Assembly (NCBI GenBank): GCA_030527705.1
Contig: JAUNAI010000001.1
Span: 1-55,512 of the forward strand
DNA length: 55,512 nucleotides
Origin: Planctomycetia bacterium
Lineage (GTDB): Bacteria > Planctomycetota > Planctomycetia > Pirellulales > Thermoguttaceae
Direction: 5' to 3'
Under the pieces are notes generated by a model that was not told where the DNA came from, made no database searches, and worked only from the letters and a program-made list of their open reading frames with translations. This document shows positions 35,626-44,344 of the stretch, piece after piece. Position 1 is the first letter of the stretch. Every line of letters begins with the position of its first letter. Position numbers and translations under genes: made by a program.

Positions 35626-36543
35626 ATGAAAGGACAATCACAGACGCAACATTTATCACGTTTTTTGTCCATTTTCATTGCGTTTCTGGTTGCGGTACTG
35701 TTTTCGGACGCTGTTTTGGCGCAGAAGAGTATGCCGACGTTCGCACGGAAGACGATGGAGTTGTATGATGAGTTTCCAGAGCCACAGCCGGGGGATTGGC
35801 AGTATGAACAGAGAGAGCCAAAACAGTCGTACGCGCAGTATTTGCGGACGAAGCCGATAACGCTGACGAAACAGCGGAAGTATCTATATTTGCAGACGAT
35901 TGGCGAGTTGACGCCGGGACAGGAGAGGATAATTGAGAAGACACGGGAGTATTTGGCGATTTTTTATGGAATGCCGACGCGGGACTTGCCGCCGTTGGAG
36001 AAGTCGATTTTGCCGAGAGGGGCGAGACGGATTGCGCCGGGGATGCTGAATCAGGAACAGTTTAATGTGATGTATCTGATTGAGAAGGTGATGTTGCCGA
36101 GAGTACCGAAGGATGCGGCTGTGTATCTGGTTTTCACGGCAACGGACTTGTGGCCCGGGAATGACTGGAATTTCTGTTTTGGATATGCGACGTACCGGAT
36201 GCGCGTGGGGGTGTGGTCGATTGCGCGGAATGGAAATGCGGACGATGAGGAGGAATTCACGACGGTTTTGCGCCGAACACTGCGACTTGCGACGCACGAG
36301 ACGGGACACATGTTTTCGATTCCGCACTGTACGTTTTATCGGTGTAACATGAATGGGAGCAACTCGCTGGATGAGGCGGATACACAACCGTTGGAGTTTT
36401 GCCCGCAGTGTCTGTCGAAATTGAGTTACGCGACGAAATTCAAGTTTAAGAAGCGTTGGACCGCGCTGGAGAAGTTTTACCGCGAGAATGGGCTGGAGGA
36501 AGAGGCGGATTTCGTGCAGGAATGTCTGGACGCGCAGGAATAA
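35626..36543 (+). CDS. archaemetzincin-like zinc metalloprotease (peptidase M54) with N-terminal signal or anchor
   Basis: HETGHMFSIPHCTFYRCNMNGSNSLDEADTQPLEFCPQC fits the archaemetzincin signature HExxHxxGxxHCxxxxCxM...CxxC. The N-terminus is hydrophobic (FLSIFIAFLVAVLFSDAVLA). Confidence 0.8.
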   Translation: MKGQSQTQHLSRFLSIFIAFLVAVLFSDAVLAQKSMPTFARKTMELYDEFPEPQPGDWQYEQREPKQSYAQYLRTKPITLTKQRKYLYLQTIGELTPGQERIIEKTREYLAIFYGMPTRDLPPLEKSILPRGARRIAPGMLNQEQFNVMYLIEKVMLPRVPKDAAVYLVFTATDLWPGNDWNFCFGYATYRMRVGVWSIARNGNADDEEEFTTVLRRTLRLATHETGHMFSIPHCTFYRCNMNGSNSLDEADTQPLEFCPQCLSKLSYATKFKFKKRWTALEKFYRENGLEEEADFVQECLDAQE

Positions 36544-36597
36544 GATGGGAAAAATAAGGAAAACGAAAAAGGTTGGCGACGATGAACCTGAAAATTT

Positions 36598-36836
36598 CAT
36601 CTCCTACGGATTTCACGGAAACCAGTGGTTTTAAATCTCCCACAGATTCCACAGAATTTCACAGATTTTTAAATATTTATGATAATTTAAAATCCATCTG
36701 TGAAGTCTGTCTCATCTGTGGGACGTGTCGGAAAATACAGGGTCCCGGAGAGCGAAATTTTCGGTGACTTAAATCATTTTCATTTTCTGAGAACCCACTC
36801 ATTTCTGTGAAAGTCTGTGAGTTCTGTGGGAGATTT
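36598..36836. repeat. cluster of four ~30-36-nt CACAGA-triplet motifs (two forward, two inverted)
   Basis: AAATCTCCCACAGATTCCACAGAATTTCACAGATTT (36633-36668) nearly matches the reverse complement of 36801-36836 (about 30/36). A third copy is inverted at 36692-36725. A degenerate forward copy lies at 36600-36625. Confidence 0.75.
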
Positions 36837-36953
36837 AATGATTTTTTGTTTCCGCGTTAAAAAACACTGTGTTATTTTAACGTTCAGATGAAAATGACGG
36901 TTTCATGCCGTATTTTACGATACTTTAACGTTTTTTAACTTTTTAGGTATGAA

Positions 36954-37484
36954 ATGAAAGAGCACAAGAGAAAGTGGAGACTGAATCCGGCGATTCGGCT
37001 TTCGTGGGTGTGGTTGTTCGTGGCAATTGCGGGGACGGTGTTGCTGATTTACGGGACAGTGATGAAAGAGGGTGTGTGTGTTGTGGCGGCGATTCCGATT
37101 TTGGTTTTGATGTTCCCGCTGGCGACGCGGTCGGCTTTTGATGAGATTTCCGCCGAAAATCGGGAATTACCCTGGGTGAAGAATGCGCGTAAAGATTTGG
37201 GGGTGTACTTTTTCGCGATGACGATTTTTGCGTTTGTCATCGGGGTGTGTATTTTACTTTCAAAAACACTGGATAATCAGATTCTTTTTGTGGAGAAATT
37301 CGGTATTTTAACGCTTTTTTTGACATTTTTCGCGGTCACATGTACCCATTTAAGCTATCAACTTTACCGACTTACGCAAGAATTATGCGCGTTGCGGGCG
37401 GTGTTGGCGCAGATTTTCGCTTTTTCGGTTGTGGCGTGGTTTCTGATGAATTGCGTTACGGCGGTGTGGGCGTGGATGACGTGA
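36954..37484 (+). CDS. hypothetical multi-pass membrane protein
   Basis: 176 aa with 4-5 hydrophobic helices. I recognise no motif. Confidence 0.6.
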   Translation: MKEHKRKWRLNPAIRLSWVWLFVAIAGTVLLIYGTVMKEGVCVVAAIPILVLMFPLATRSAFDEISAENRELPWVKNARKDLGVYFFAMTIFAFVIGVCILLSKTLDNQILFVEKFGILTLFLTFFAVTCTHLSYQLYRLTQELCALRAVLAQIFAFSVVAWFLMNCVTAVWAWMT

Positions 37485-37486
37485 TT

Positions 37487-37960
37487 TTAGAGTAAATTCC
37501 GCTTGCCGGTGAGTTGAGAGACCGTGATTTTATAGAGACACGCACGTTCCAGTGCCTGTTCGTTGTAGACAGGGTGTCCCTCGAAACCGTAACGGTGCAT
37601 GATGTGGTCCAGTGCGGCTTTTTTCTCGGCGGAATCTGTGAGGAAAGTGACGGTTCCCGTGCCGATGACGCTTTCATATTCGGCGGACCAGCGACAGGGT
37701 AATTCGTGGCGGATCAGGTTAAAAGAGGTGTCTAGCTCGAAACAGACACGCGGCGATTTCGTGAGAATGTCGATTTTTCGTCCCTCGGCGGCGGAGTGAA
37801 TGTAGAACGTGAGTTGTCCGTCTTCTGCGGTGTAACCAAAATTGAGCGGAACGACGTACGGCTCGCCGTCATCGACCATGCCGAGACGCAGAACGGGGGA
37901 ACGCTCGATGATGGAGAGAATTTCGGAAAAATCGCGGATTTCGCGTTCTTGGCGACGCAT
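37487..37960 (-). CDS. pyridoxamine 5'-phosphate oxidase family (FMN-binding split-barrel) protein
   Basis: MRRQEREI...PVLRLGMVDDGEPYVVPLNFGY....LTFYIHSAAEGRKI is typical of the PNPOx-like / Nim-like family. I prefer ATG 37960. Confidence 0.75.
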   Translation of the reverse strand: MRRQEREIRDFSEILSIIERSPVLRLGMVDDGEPYVVPLNFGYTAEDGQLTFYIHSAAEGRKIDILTKSPRVCFELDTSFNLIRHELPCRWSAEYESVIGTGTVTFLTDSAEKKAALDHIMHRYGFEGHPVYNEQALERACLYKITVSQLTGKRNLL

Positions 37961-38023
37961 GAGGAACTCTGTTGGGTAGGAGGGAATGGAGTTGATAAAA
38001 TAGGGATTTCGGCTAAACACCAA

Positions 38024-38165
38024 CACAAGATTCGACCGAGTGAGACTCGGAGGAACTTGCTACCCGTTGCGGGGTTACACTCGTGGGGGGGAGGGACATT
38101 TTTGCAAAATTGTTTTCCCCCCAGTCCCCCCTTTCAAAAAACTCTTAATTAGGGAGTGATGATGT
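38024..38165 (-). repeat. intergenic repeat family R1, short form (copy b)
   Basis: CAAGATTCGACCGAGTGAGACTCGGAGGAACTTGCTACCCGTTGCGGGG...GGGACATTTTTGCAAAATTGTTTTCCCC...TTTCAAAAAACTCTTAATT aligns with copy a2 and, in reverse complement, with a1 and c. Confidence 0.65.
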
Positions 38166-38168
38166 TTT

Positions 38169-39266
38169 TTACGCCATCGCTTCGCAGATCGCTTCCGCCA
38201 TTTCGCGCGTTCCAACTGCCGTCGGGTCGTCGCGGTCGGCTTTCATGTCGTACGTGACCGAGCGTCCTTCCGCAATCACTTTCGCGACCGCGTTTTCGAG
38301 CTTGTCCGCCGCTTCTTTTTCGCCTAAATGACGAAGCATGAGCATGCCGGAAAGAATCAGAGCGGTCGGGTTGACCTTGTTCAGTCCCTTATATTTCGGA
38401 GCGGAACCGTGGGTGGCTTCAAAAACAGCTCCGTCACGTCCGATGTTTGCGCCCGGTGCAACTCCCAGACCGCCGACGATACCCGCCGCAAGGTCGCTGA
38501 GGATGTCGCCGTAGAGGTTCGGGAGGCAAATCACGTCGTACTGTTCCGGTTTCTGCGCCAACTGCATGCACATGTTGTCGATCAGACGGTATTCGGACTC
38601 AATTTCCGGATATTCTTTCGCGACGTTCTCGCAGACTTCCTGGAAAAGACCGTCGGAGAACTTCATGATGTTCGCTTTGTGAACGTACGTGACTTTTTTG
38701 CGATTTTCGCGGCGCGCATACTCGAAAGCATAGCGGATAATCCGTTCGGTTCCGGAGACGGAAATCGGCTTGATGGAGATACCGGTTTCGTCGCGACCAG
38801 AGCGAATCGGGCGATTCGGGGAAAGTTCGTTGACGTAATCGAAAATCTTTCCACATTCTTCAGTTCCACGCTGGAATTCGACGCCGGCGTAGAGGTCTTC
38901 GGTATTTTCACGGACGATTACCATGTCGACCGGGACGGAAGAGAAGAAACTACGGACGCCAGGATAATACTTGCACGGGCGGACGCACGCGTACAGACCG
39001 AGAACCTGACGCAGATGGACGTTAATGCTACGGAAACCGGTTCCGACCGGGGTGGTAATCGGGGCTTTGAGCGCGAGCTTGGTGCGTTCGAGCGATTCCA
39101 TGAGCGGTTCCGGCAACGGTGTGCCAATCCGTTCCATGACGTCGATTCCGGCTTCCTGAACGTCCCAGTTGATTTTCACACCGGTAGCGTCTACGCAACG
39201 ACGTGCCGCGTCCGCCAATTCGGGTCCAGTACCGTCGCCAGTGATTAAAGTTACTTCGTAAGCCAC
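38169..39266 (-). CDS. icd: isocitrate dehydrogenase (isocitrate/isopropylmalate dehydrogenase family, short form)
   Basis: GTG start 6 nt after GGAGG. Contains [10 protein letters not shown] and [28 protein letters not shown], which resembles the IDH substrate loop. Confidence 0.8.
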   Translation of the reverse strand: MAYEVTLITGDGTGPELADAARRCVDATGVKINWDVQEAGIDVMERIGTPLPEPLMESLERTKLALKAPITTPVGTGFRSINVHLRQVLGLYACVRPCKYYPGVRSFFSSVPVDMVIVRENTEDLYAGVEFQRGTEECGKIFDYVNELSPNRPIRSGRDETGISIKPISVSGTERIIRYAFEYARRENRKKVTYVHKANIMKFSDGLFQEVCENVAKEYPEIESEYRLIDNMCMQLAQKPEQYDVICLPNLYGDILSDLAAGIVGGLGVAPGANIGRDGAVFEATHGSAPKYKGLNKVNPTALILSGMLMLRHLGEKEAADKLENAVAKVIAEGRSVTYDMKADRDDPTAVGTREMAEAICEAMA

Positions 39267-39320
39267 AAGTCACCTCCGTGGGTTAAGGAAAAGATAAAAA
39301 CTATAATATTCTGTCCTCTT

Positions 39321-39348
39321 ATTTTAATCAAAAAACGAGAAATTTCAA
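39321..39348 (-). promoter_or_regulatory. candidate icd promoter TTGAAA-N16-TAAAAT preceded by a C-tract
   Basis: The minus strand reads CCCCCTCCCCACC-TTGAAA-16 nt-TAAAAT. Confidence 0.5.
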
Positions 39349-39383
39349 GGTGGGGAGGGGGAATTTTCTTGAAGATTTATTAA

Positions 39384-39421
39384 GCCTGTCATAGATTTCT
39401 CCTGATAGTTCTATGACAGGC
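39384..39421 (-). terminator. hairpin after the methyltransferase gene
   Basis: Perfect 11-bp stem GCCTGTCATAG/CTATGACAGGC with a 16-nt loop. A/T-rich sequence follows on the minus strand. Confidence 0.5.
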
Positions 39422-39434
39422 CTGATGACGGATA

Positions 39435-40172
39435 TTACGGATGAATAATCATACACTGGGTTGTGGCAAGTTCAATCATCGTGGCTTCCGGATGCTCTTC
39501 CATGAATTCATAAACCGCCTTTCGGACACCAGCGAGAATGGAGAAATCGTGCGAAACGATGACGCCCCCCGGAATCATACGGGGATAAAGATAGCGGATT
39601 CCCGCAAGCGTTCCTTCATAAAGGTCTACATCAATGTGCGCGAATGCGAATTTTTCATCTTCAGGAATGATTCCTTCCGCAGAATCCGGAAAGAGTCCCT
39701 TAACGAAATGGACATTGGGGAACTCTTTCAGATAACCACTGACGGATTCCAACGAACACGCATACTGTTTTAAACGGTGAACACTACGGTCGTTCGCATG
39801 ACCTGAAGGTAATCCTTCATAAGTGTCGCACACGTACAGTTTTTTATCGCCTTTTTCCTCGCAGATTAGCCGCGAAGAACAGCCTTCATACGTGCCAATT
39901 TCGATGAATGCTCCTTCACGATTCGCGAAACCACGTGCGAGAGAAAGGATATTAAAACTCTCATCTCCAGTTAAAAGAGATTTTCGTTGACGGCGTACTT
40001 TATGAATTTTTCGAATATCATCAGATAATTTATGTCTGCCCATAATGTAGAGTTGGCAACGCGCGAGTAAACCAATTCCCCAACGTTCAAGGAACGTGCC
40101 TCCCAAGAATCGCTGAATTCGTGGGAGATGAATTAAATTGTTGCGAGAATCAACTGATTGTAAGCTGGACAT
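39435..40172 (-). CDS. class I SAM-dependent O-methyltransferase (TylF/MycF-like)
   Basis: Contains GAFIEIGTYEGCSS...DTYEGLP...HIDVDLYEGT...PGGVIVSHDF. ATG 40172 is preceded by AGGAG. The upstream ORF extension is A/T-rich and unlikely to be coding. Confidence 0.8.
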   Translation of the reverse strand: MSSLQSVDSRNNLIHLPRIQRFLGGTFLERWGIGLLARCQLYIMGRHKLSDDIRKIHKVRRQRKSLLTGDESFNILSLARGFANREGAFIEIGTYEGCSSRLICEEKGDKKLYVCDTYEGLPSGHANDRSVHRLKQYACSLESVSGYLKEFPNVHFVKGLFPDSAEGIIPEDEKFAFAHIDVDLYEGTLAGIRYLYPRMIPGGVIVSHDFSILAGVRKAVYEFMEEHPEATMIELATTQCMIIHP

Positions 40173-40455
40173 AATGAATCTCCTATGATGTGAAGTAAAT
40201 TGATATGGAATATCGCGCTCTTGATGAATACACGAAATGTTTAGTTGTAGCAATTGTTCCACTTGTGTATATTGTATCGGTTGTAAATTTAAACAGAAAT
40301 AGAAAAGAATAGAATAATTTAAAAGAAACATGATATTTTAAATATTCAGAAGAGGGGGCCTCGGAAAATTATAAAAATATGGTATACTAAGTATGATAGT
40401 TTAAAATTACCTTTTATTTCTTTTTCCTTTTTCCTTCAGAGTGTGAGTAAATCGT

Positions 40456-42447
40456 ATGGCTCAGTTTATTCTTCGTGACGTTCAGTACGCTTTGGGGTAT
40501 CCGCCGCTCGTGGACCATGTGAATATGACCGTGGAAATCGGTGAGAAAATCGCGTTGATTGGGCGGAACGGAGCCGGAAAATCGACGTTGCTGAAGTTGC
40601 TCAATCAGGATTTAACGCCGGATGACGGGGAAATTACGCGGGCACAGGGACTCCAGACGATGTTGCTCACCCAGCAGGTGCCGGTGGAACTGACGGGGAA
40701 GGTTTTTGATATTATCGCCGCCGGTCAGAAGAAGGATGCCGAGTTGCTGAGCCGATTTCATGAGGTGACGGCAGGAATCGCCCGCGCCTACGAGGTCGGA
40801 GAGTATGAACGCGCGGAATCGTTGCAGAAAGAGCTGGACCGACTTCAGCATGAGCTGGATATTTCCGGCGCGTGGGAGTCGCAGAGGAAAGTCGAAAGCG
40901 TTCTGCAGAAAATCGGTATTTCTGGTGACGAGGAAATTAGTACGCTCTCGGCGGGAAAGAAACGTCGGGTTCTTTTTGGACGCGCGGTCGTGGCGGAGCC
41001 GGATGTGTTGTTGCTCGATGAACCGACGAACCATCTGGACCTGGAATCCATTCTCTGGCTGGAAGATTTTCTGAAAAAGTATGAGAAAACCGTCATTTTC
41101 GTGACGCACGACCGTATGTTTTTGCGGAAAATCGCGGATTCTATCTGGGAACTGGACCGTGGGCATCTTTTCCGGTACGACTGCGATTATGATACGTATC
41201 TCGACCGACGGGAACAACGACTTCATGCGGAAGAGAAGGAGTTGGAGCATTTTCAGAAGAAACTGGCGCAGGAGGAAGTCTGGATTCGGACGGGAATCAT
41301 GGCGCGACGGACGCGGAATGAAGGGCGTGTGCGTGCGCTGAAACAGATGAGACGCGACGCGGCACTGATTCGGAAAGACCCCGGCGTGGCGAAAATCCAG
41401 ATTCAGGAGGGTGTCACTTCCGGGCGGCTCGTGGTCGAGACGAAAGGGCTGACGTTCGCGTTTTCAGGTGAAAATGAAGCGGGCGAGACGCGGAAAATGC
41501 CGATTGTGGAGGATTTAAGCGTAAAAATTATGCGCGGAGACCGAATCGGGATTCTCGGACCGAACGGCGTGGGAAAAACGACGCTCCTGCGGTTACTACT
41601 TGGACAGTTGACGCCGGATGCTGGGGATATTCGACTGGGGACGCAGTTACAGATTTCGTATTTTGACCAGCTCCACGCGACGCTGAATGAGGAAGAATCC
41701 GTTCTGGATAACGTCAGCGATGGTTCGACGCATGTGACGGTGAATGGAACGAAACAGCATGTTTTAGGATACCTGCGTGACTTTCTGTTCTCGGAAGAAC
41801 GGTCGAAAATGGCGGTGAAGTTCCTGTCGGGTGGTGAGAAAAATCGGTTGCTTCTGGCGAAATTGTTCACGAAACCGTCGAATATTCTGGTGATGGACGA
41901 GCCGACAAATGATCTGGATATGGAGACACTGGACCTTCTGGAAGAGAAATTGTCGCAATATCCGGGCACGTTGCTACTGGTGAGCCATGACCGAGAATTT
42001 GTGAATAACGTCGTGACTTCCACGCTCGTTTTTGAGGGAAACGGACGTGTGAAGGAGTACGTTGGTGGGTATGATGACTGGTATGAACAGAGCCGACAGG
42101 AGGAACAGGCGGAGGCAGCACGACTGGCTCGGCAACAAGAGAAAAATAATGCGAAATCAGATGGAAAATCTACTGAAAAATCAGCACAGAAGTCGGTGTC
42201 GAAACCTACAGGGAAACCTGCGTCAAAACTGACGTATAAGGAGAAGTTGGAGCTGGAAAAATTGCCGATACAGATTGAAGAGCTGGAAAATCAGATGGAA
42301 GAGCTAAACACACGGCTTGCGGAGCCAGGTTACTATCAGCGCGACGAGGCGGATTTCTTGAAAACGACGCGTGAAGCGGAACAGATTCAGCGAGAGTTAG
42401 AGAAGTTGTACGCACGGTGGGATGATCTGGAAGAGCAGACGGAATAG
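40456..42447 (+). CDS. uup: ABC-F family ATPase (Uup-like), two ABC domains plus C-terminal coiled-coil
   Basis: Two Walker A motifs (GRNGAGKST, GPNGVGKTT), two LSGG signatures, no TM segments, and a K/E-rich C-terminal coiled coil. Confidence 0.9.
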   Translation: MAQFILRDVQYALGYPPLVDHVNMTVEIGEKIALIGRNGAGKSTLLKLLNQDLTPDDGEITRAQGLQTMLLTQQVPVELTGKVFDIIAAGQKKDAELLSRFHEVTAGIARAYEVGEYERAESLQKELDRLQHELDISGAWESQRKVESVLQKIGISGDEEISTLSAGKKRRVLFGRAVVAEPDVLLLDEPTNHLDLESILWLEDFLKKYEKTVIFVTHDRMFLRKIADSIWELDRGHLFRYDCDYDTYLDRREQRLHAEEKELEHFQKKLAQEEVWIRTGIMARRTRNEGRVRALKQMRRDAALIRKDPGVAKIQIQEGVTSGRLVVETKGLTFAFSGENEAGETRKMPIVEDLSVKIMRGDRIGILGPNGVGKTTLLRLLLGQLTPDAGDIRLGTQLQISYFDQLHATLNEEESVLDNVSDGSTHVTVNGTKQHVLGYLRDFLFSEERSKMAVKFLSGGEKNRLLLAKLFTKPSNILVMDEPTNDLDMETLDLLEEKLSQYPGTLLLVSHDREFVNNVVTSTLVFEGNGRVKEYVGGYDDWYEQSRQEEQAEAARLARQQEKNNAKSDGKSTEKSAQKSVSKPTGKPASKLTYKEKLELEKLPIQIEELENQMEELNTRLAEPGYYQRDEADFLKTTREAEQIQRELEKLYARWDDLEEQTE

Positions 42448-42521
42448 TTAAGGAGTTGACGGGACGTGTAAAATTTTTTGAAGAAAATTGAGAAAATTTG
42501 GAAAATTTGAGGGTCCCCCCC

Positions 42522-42549
42522 TTTACAAATTTTCGAAATGGGTTATATT
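42522..42549 (+). promoter_or_regulatory. candidate tRNA-Ala promoter TTTACA-N16-TATATT
   Basis: Preceded by a C7 tract and three GAAAAT(T)TG repeats. The -10 lies about 43 nt upstream of the tRNA 5' end. Confidence 0.55.
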
Positions 42550-42591
42550 CATACACGTCTTCGAGGTTAAGAGTTGAGGACGGAAAAATTC

Positions 42592-42664
42592 GGGGCGGTA
42601 GCTCAGTTGGCAGAGCGCAACGTTCGCAATGTTGAGGCCAGGGGTTCGACTCCCCTTCGCTCCA
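42592..42664 (+). tRNA. tRNA-Ala (anticodon CGC)
   Basis: Hand-folded cloverleaf: acceptor GGGGCGG/TCGCTCC with the G3:U70 alanine identity pair, D-arm GCTC-AGTTGGCA-GAGC, anticodon loop TTCGCAA, and T-arm AGGGG-TTCGACT-CCCCT. CCA is not encoded. Confidence 0.9.
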
Positions 42665-42677
42665 TCTTCGGTTTTTA

Positions 42678-42716
42678 AGCCGTGTAGGAAAGTTTTTCCT
42701 GCAACGGCTTTTTTGA
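42678..42716 (+). terminator. terminator after tRNA-Ala
   Basis: Imperfect stem (GCCGT..AGGAAA / TTTCCT..ACGGC) followed by T6. Confidence 0.55.
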
Positions 42717-42966
42717 CGTAAAGATAGGCAAGATGGAAAACACCAGTGTGTGAGCGGGGAAGGTATGCTCATAACGCGGTTTTTTGTGTTTTGCGTGGGA
42801 AATGCTGGTTTTGCGGGAATCGCAGAGCTTATATATACGACGCACTGTAAGATTCAGTTTTACTGTCGTTTTATGTTGATGAAACGATTATTGGAAGGAA
42901 TGTCCTTCCCTGAATTTTTAAGTGGAATCAGTACATATTATTCGTTTAGTTAGTGGAAGGAAATCA

Positions 42967-44181
42967 ATGAACCCGAGTGAATTGCTTCGGATCGTAGATA
43001 CGATTCATCGTGACAAAAATATCGGCAAGGAAGTCGTTTTTCAGGGAATTGAAGCGGCGTTGATTTCTGCCATGAAAAAACATTATACCGGCGATGAGAA
43101 TATGGTACAGGTCCATATTGATCGTGAGACGGGTGATATAAATGCGAGTTTCAATGGTGAGCCGATTTCTCCGGAAGAAATTGCGAAGCGTATTGGCGCT
43201 CAGACTGCAAAACAGGTCATGATTCAGAAGATTCGCGAAGCGGAATGTGACCGTGTTTATAATGAATATTATAGTCAGCTGAACCAGTTGGTGATTGGAA
43301 CGGTACATCGTTTTGAGCGTGAGAGTTGCTCGGTAACGTTACCGGGGATTGAAGCGTTTTTGCCGCGTACAGAACAGATCCATATGGGAAATGGTCGTAA
43401 TGGCCGAGGTGATTCGTATCGGATTGGCGATCGGATTCGTGCGGTGATTGCGGAAGTGCGGAAACAGGGTTCGCGTGTGAAGGTGATTCTGAGTCGAGTG
43501 CGTCCGATGTTTGTGATGCGACTTTTCGAGCAGGAAATCCCGGAGATTGGCGAGGGCGTTATCGAGATTAAGAGCATTGCGCGTAAAGCGGGTGTGCGGA
43601 GCAAGATTGCGGTCTGGAGTGCGGACCAGCGTGTGGACTGTGTTGGCGCGTGTGTAGGTATGCGTGGCACGCGGATTAAGAATATTGTGGATGAATTGGA
43701 CGGTGAGCGGATTGATATTGTTCCGTGGTCGAGCGAGCCAATTGAATTCATTTCTAATGCGTTAAAACCGGCGGAAATTGAGGAAGTTATTTTGTGTGGA
43801 ATGCTGGGACGCGCGATCGTTTTGGTGAATGAGTCGAATCTGTCATTGGCGATTGGTCGACATGGGCAGAATGTGCTTTTAGCGAGTAAGCTCTGCGGTT
43901 GGGATATTGAAATCATGACGCAGGACGAGTTGCAGGCGCAGTTAGATCGTGCGGTTGCAGCGTTGTGTACGATTCCGGGAGTTTCGCAGGAATTGGCGGA
44001 AAATTTGACGGGTGAAGGATTCACCTCATATGATGACCTTTCCATAATTGAGCCGGAAGCGCTGATGGAAATGAGTGGACTTTCCGAAGAGGAAGTGAAC
44101 GAAATTATTGAAGAAGCTGAACGTCGTGCTGACGAGCAGGACAATCAGCAGAACGTTGTGAAAGATGAACCGCTCCGATGA
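42967..44181 (+). CDS. nusA: transcription termination/antitermination factor NusA
   Basis: Contains [33 protein letters not shown]1 and KH regions are recognisable and the C-terminus is an acidic HhH region. ATG 42967 has a GGAAGG RBS. Confidence 0.93.
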   Translation: MNPSELLRIVDTIHRDKNIGKEVVFQGIEAALISAMKKHYTGDENMVQVHIDRETGDINASFNGEPISPEEIAKRIGAQTAKQVMIQKIREAECDRVYNEYYSQLNQLVIGTVHRFERESCSVTLPGIEAFLPRTEQIHMGNGRNGRGDSYRIGDRIRAVIAEVRKQGSRVKVILSRVRPMFVMRLFEQEIPEIGEGVIEIKSIARKAGVRSKIAVWSADQRVDCVGACVGMRGTRIKNIVDELDGERIDIVPWSSEPIEFISNALKPAEIEEVILCGMLGRAIVLVNESNLSLAIGRHGQNVLLASKLCGWDIEIMTQDELQAQLDRAVAALCTIPGVSQELAENLTGEGFTSYDDLSIIEPEALMEMSGLSEEEVNEIIEEAERRADEQDNQQNVVKDEPLR

Positions 44182-44312
44182 ACGGTCGATTTTTCAGCGG
44201 TGTAATGTTCCTTTTGCAGGAGTGCCTTGGACCGGGAAATGCTCTGGTCTGTCTTGATGACGATTCCGTGGTGGATGTCGGGAGGCACTCCATGTGATTT
44301 GATTTGTTATGT

Positions 44313-44330
44313 GGCGGAAGGCCTTCCGCC
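44313..44330 (+). other. perfect 18-nt palindrome in the nusA-infB spacer
   Basis: GGCGGAAGGCCTTCCGCC lies immediately upstream of the GGGAG RBS proposed for infB. Confidence 0.7.
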
Positions 44331-44344
44331 AGGGAGTGTGTCGA

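Noticed and set aside
36573-36767. 64-aa ORF spanning the CACAGA motif cluster.
   Set aside because: It has no RBS. It runs through repeated DNA motifs present in both orientations and is most simply explained as chance.
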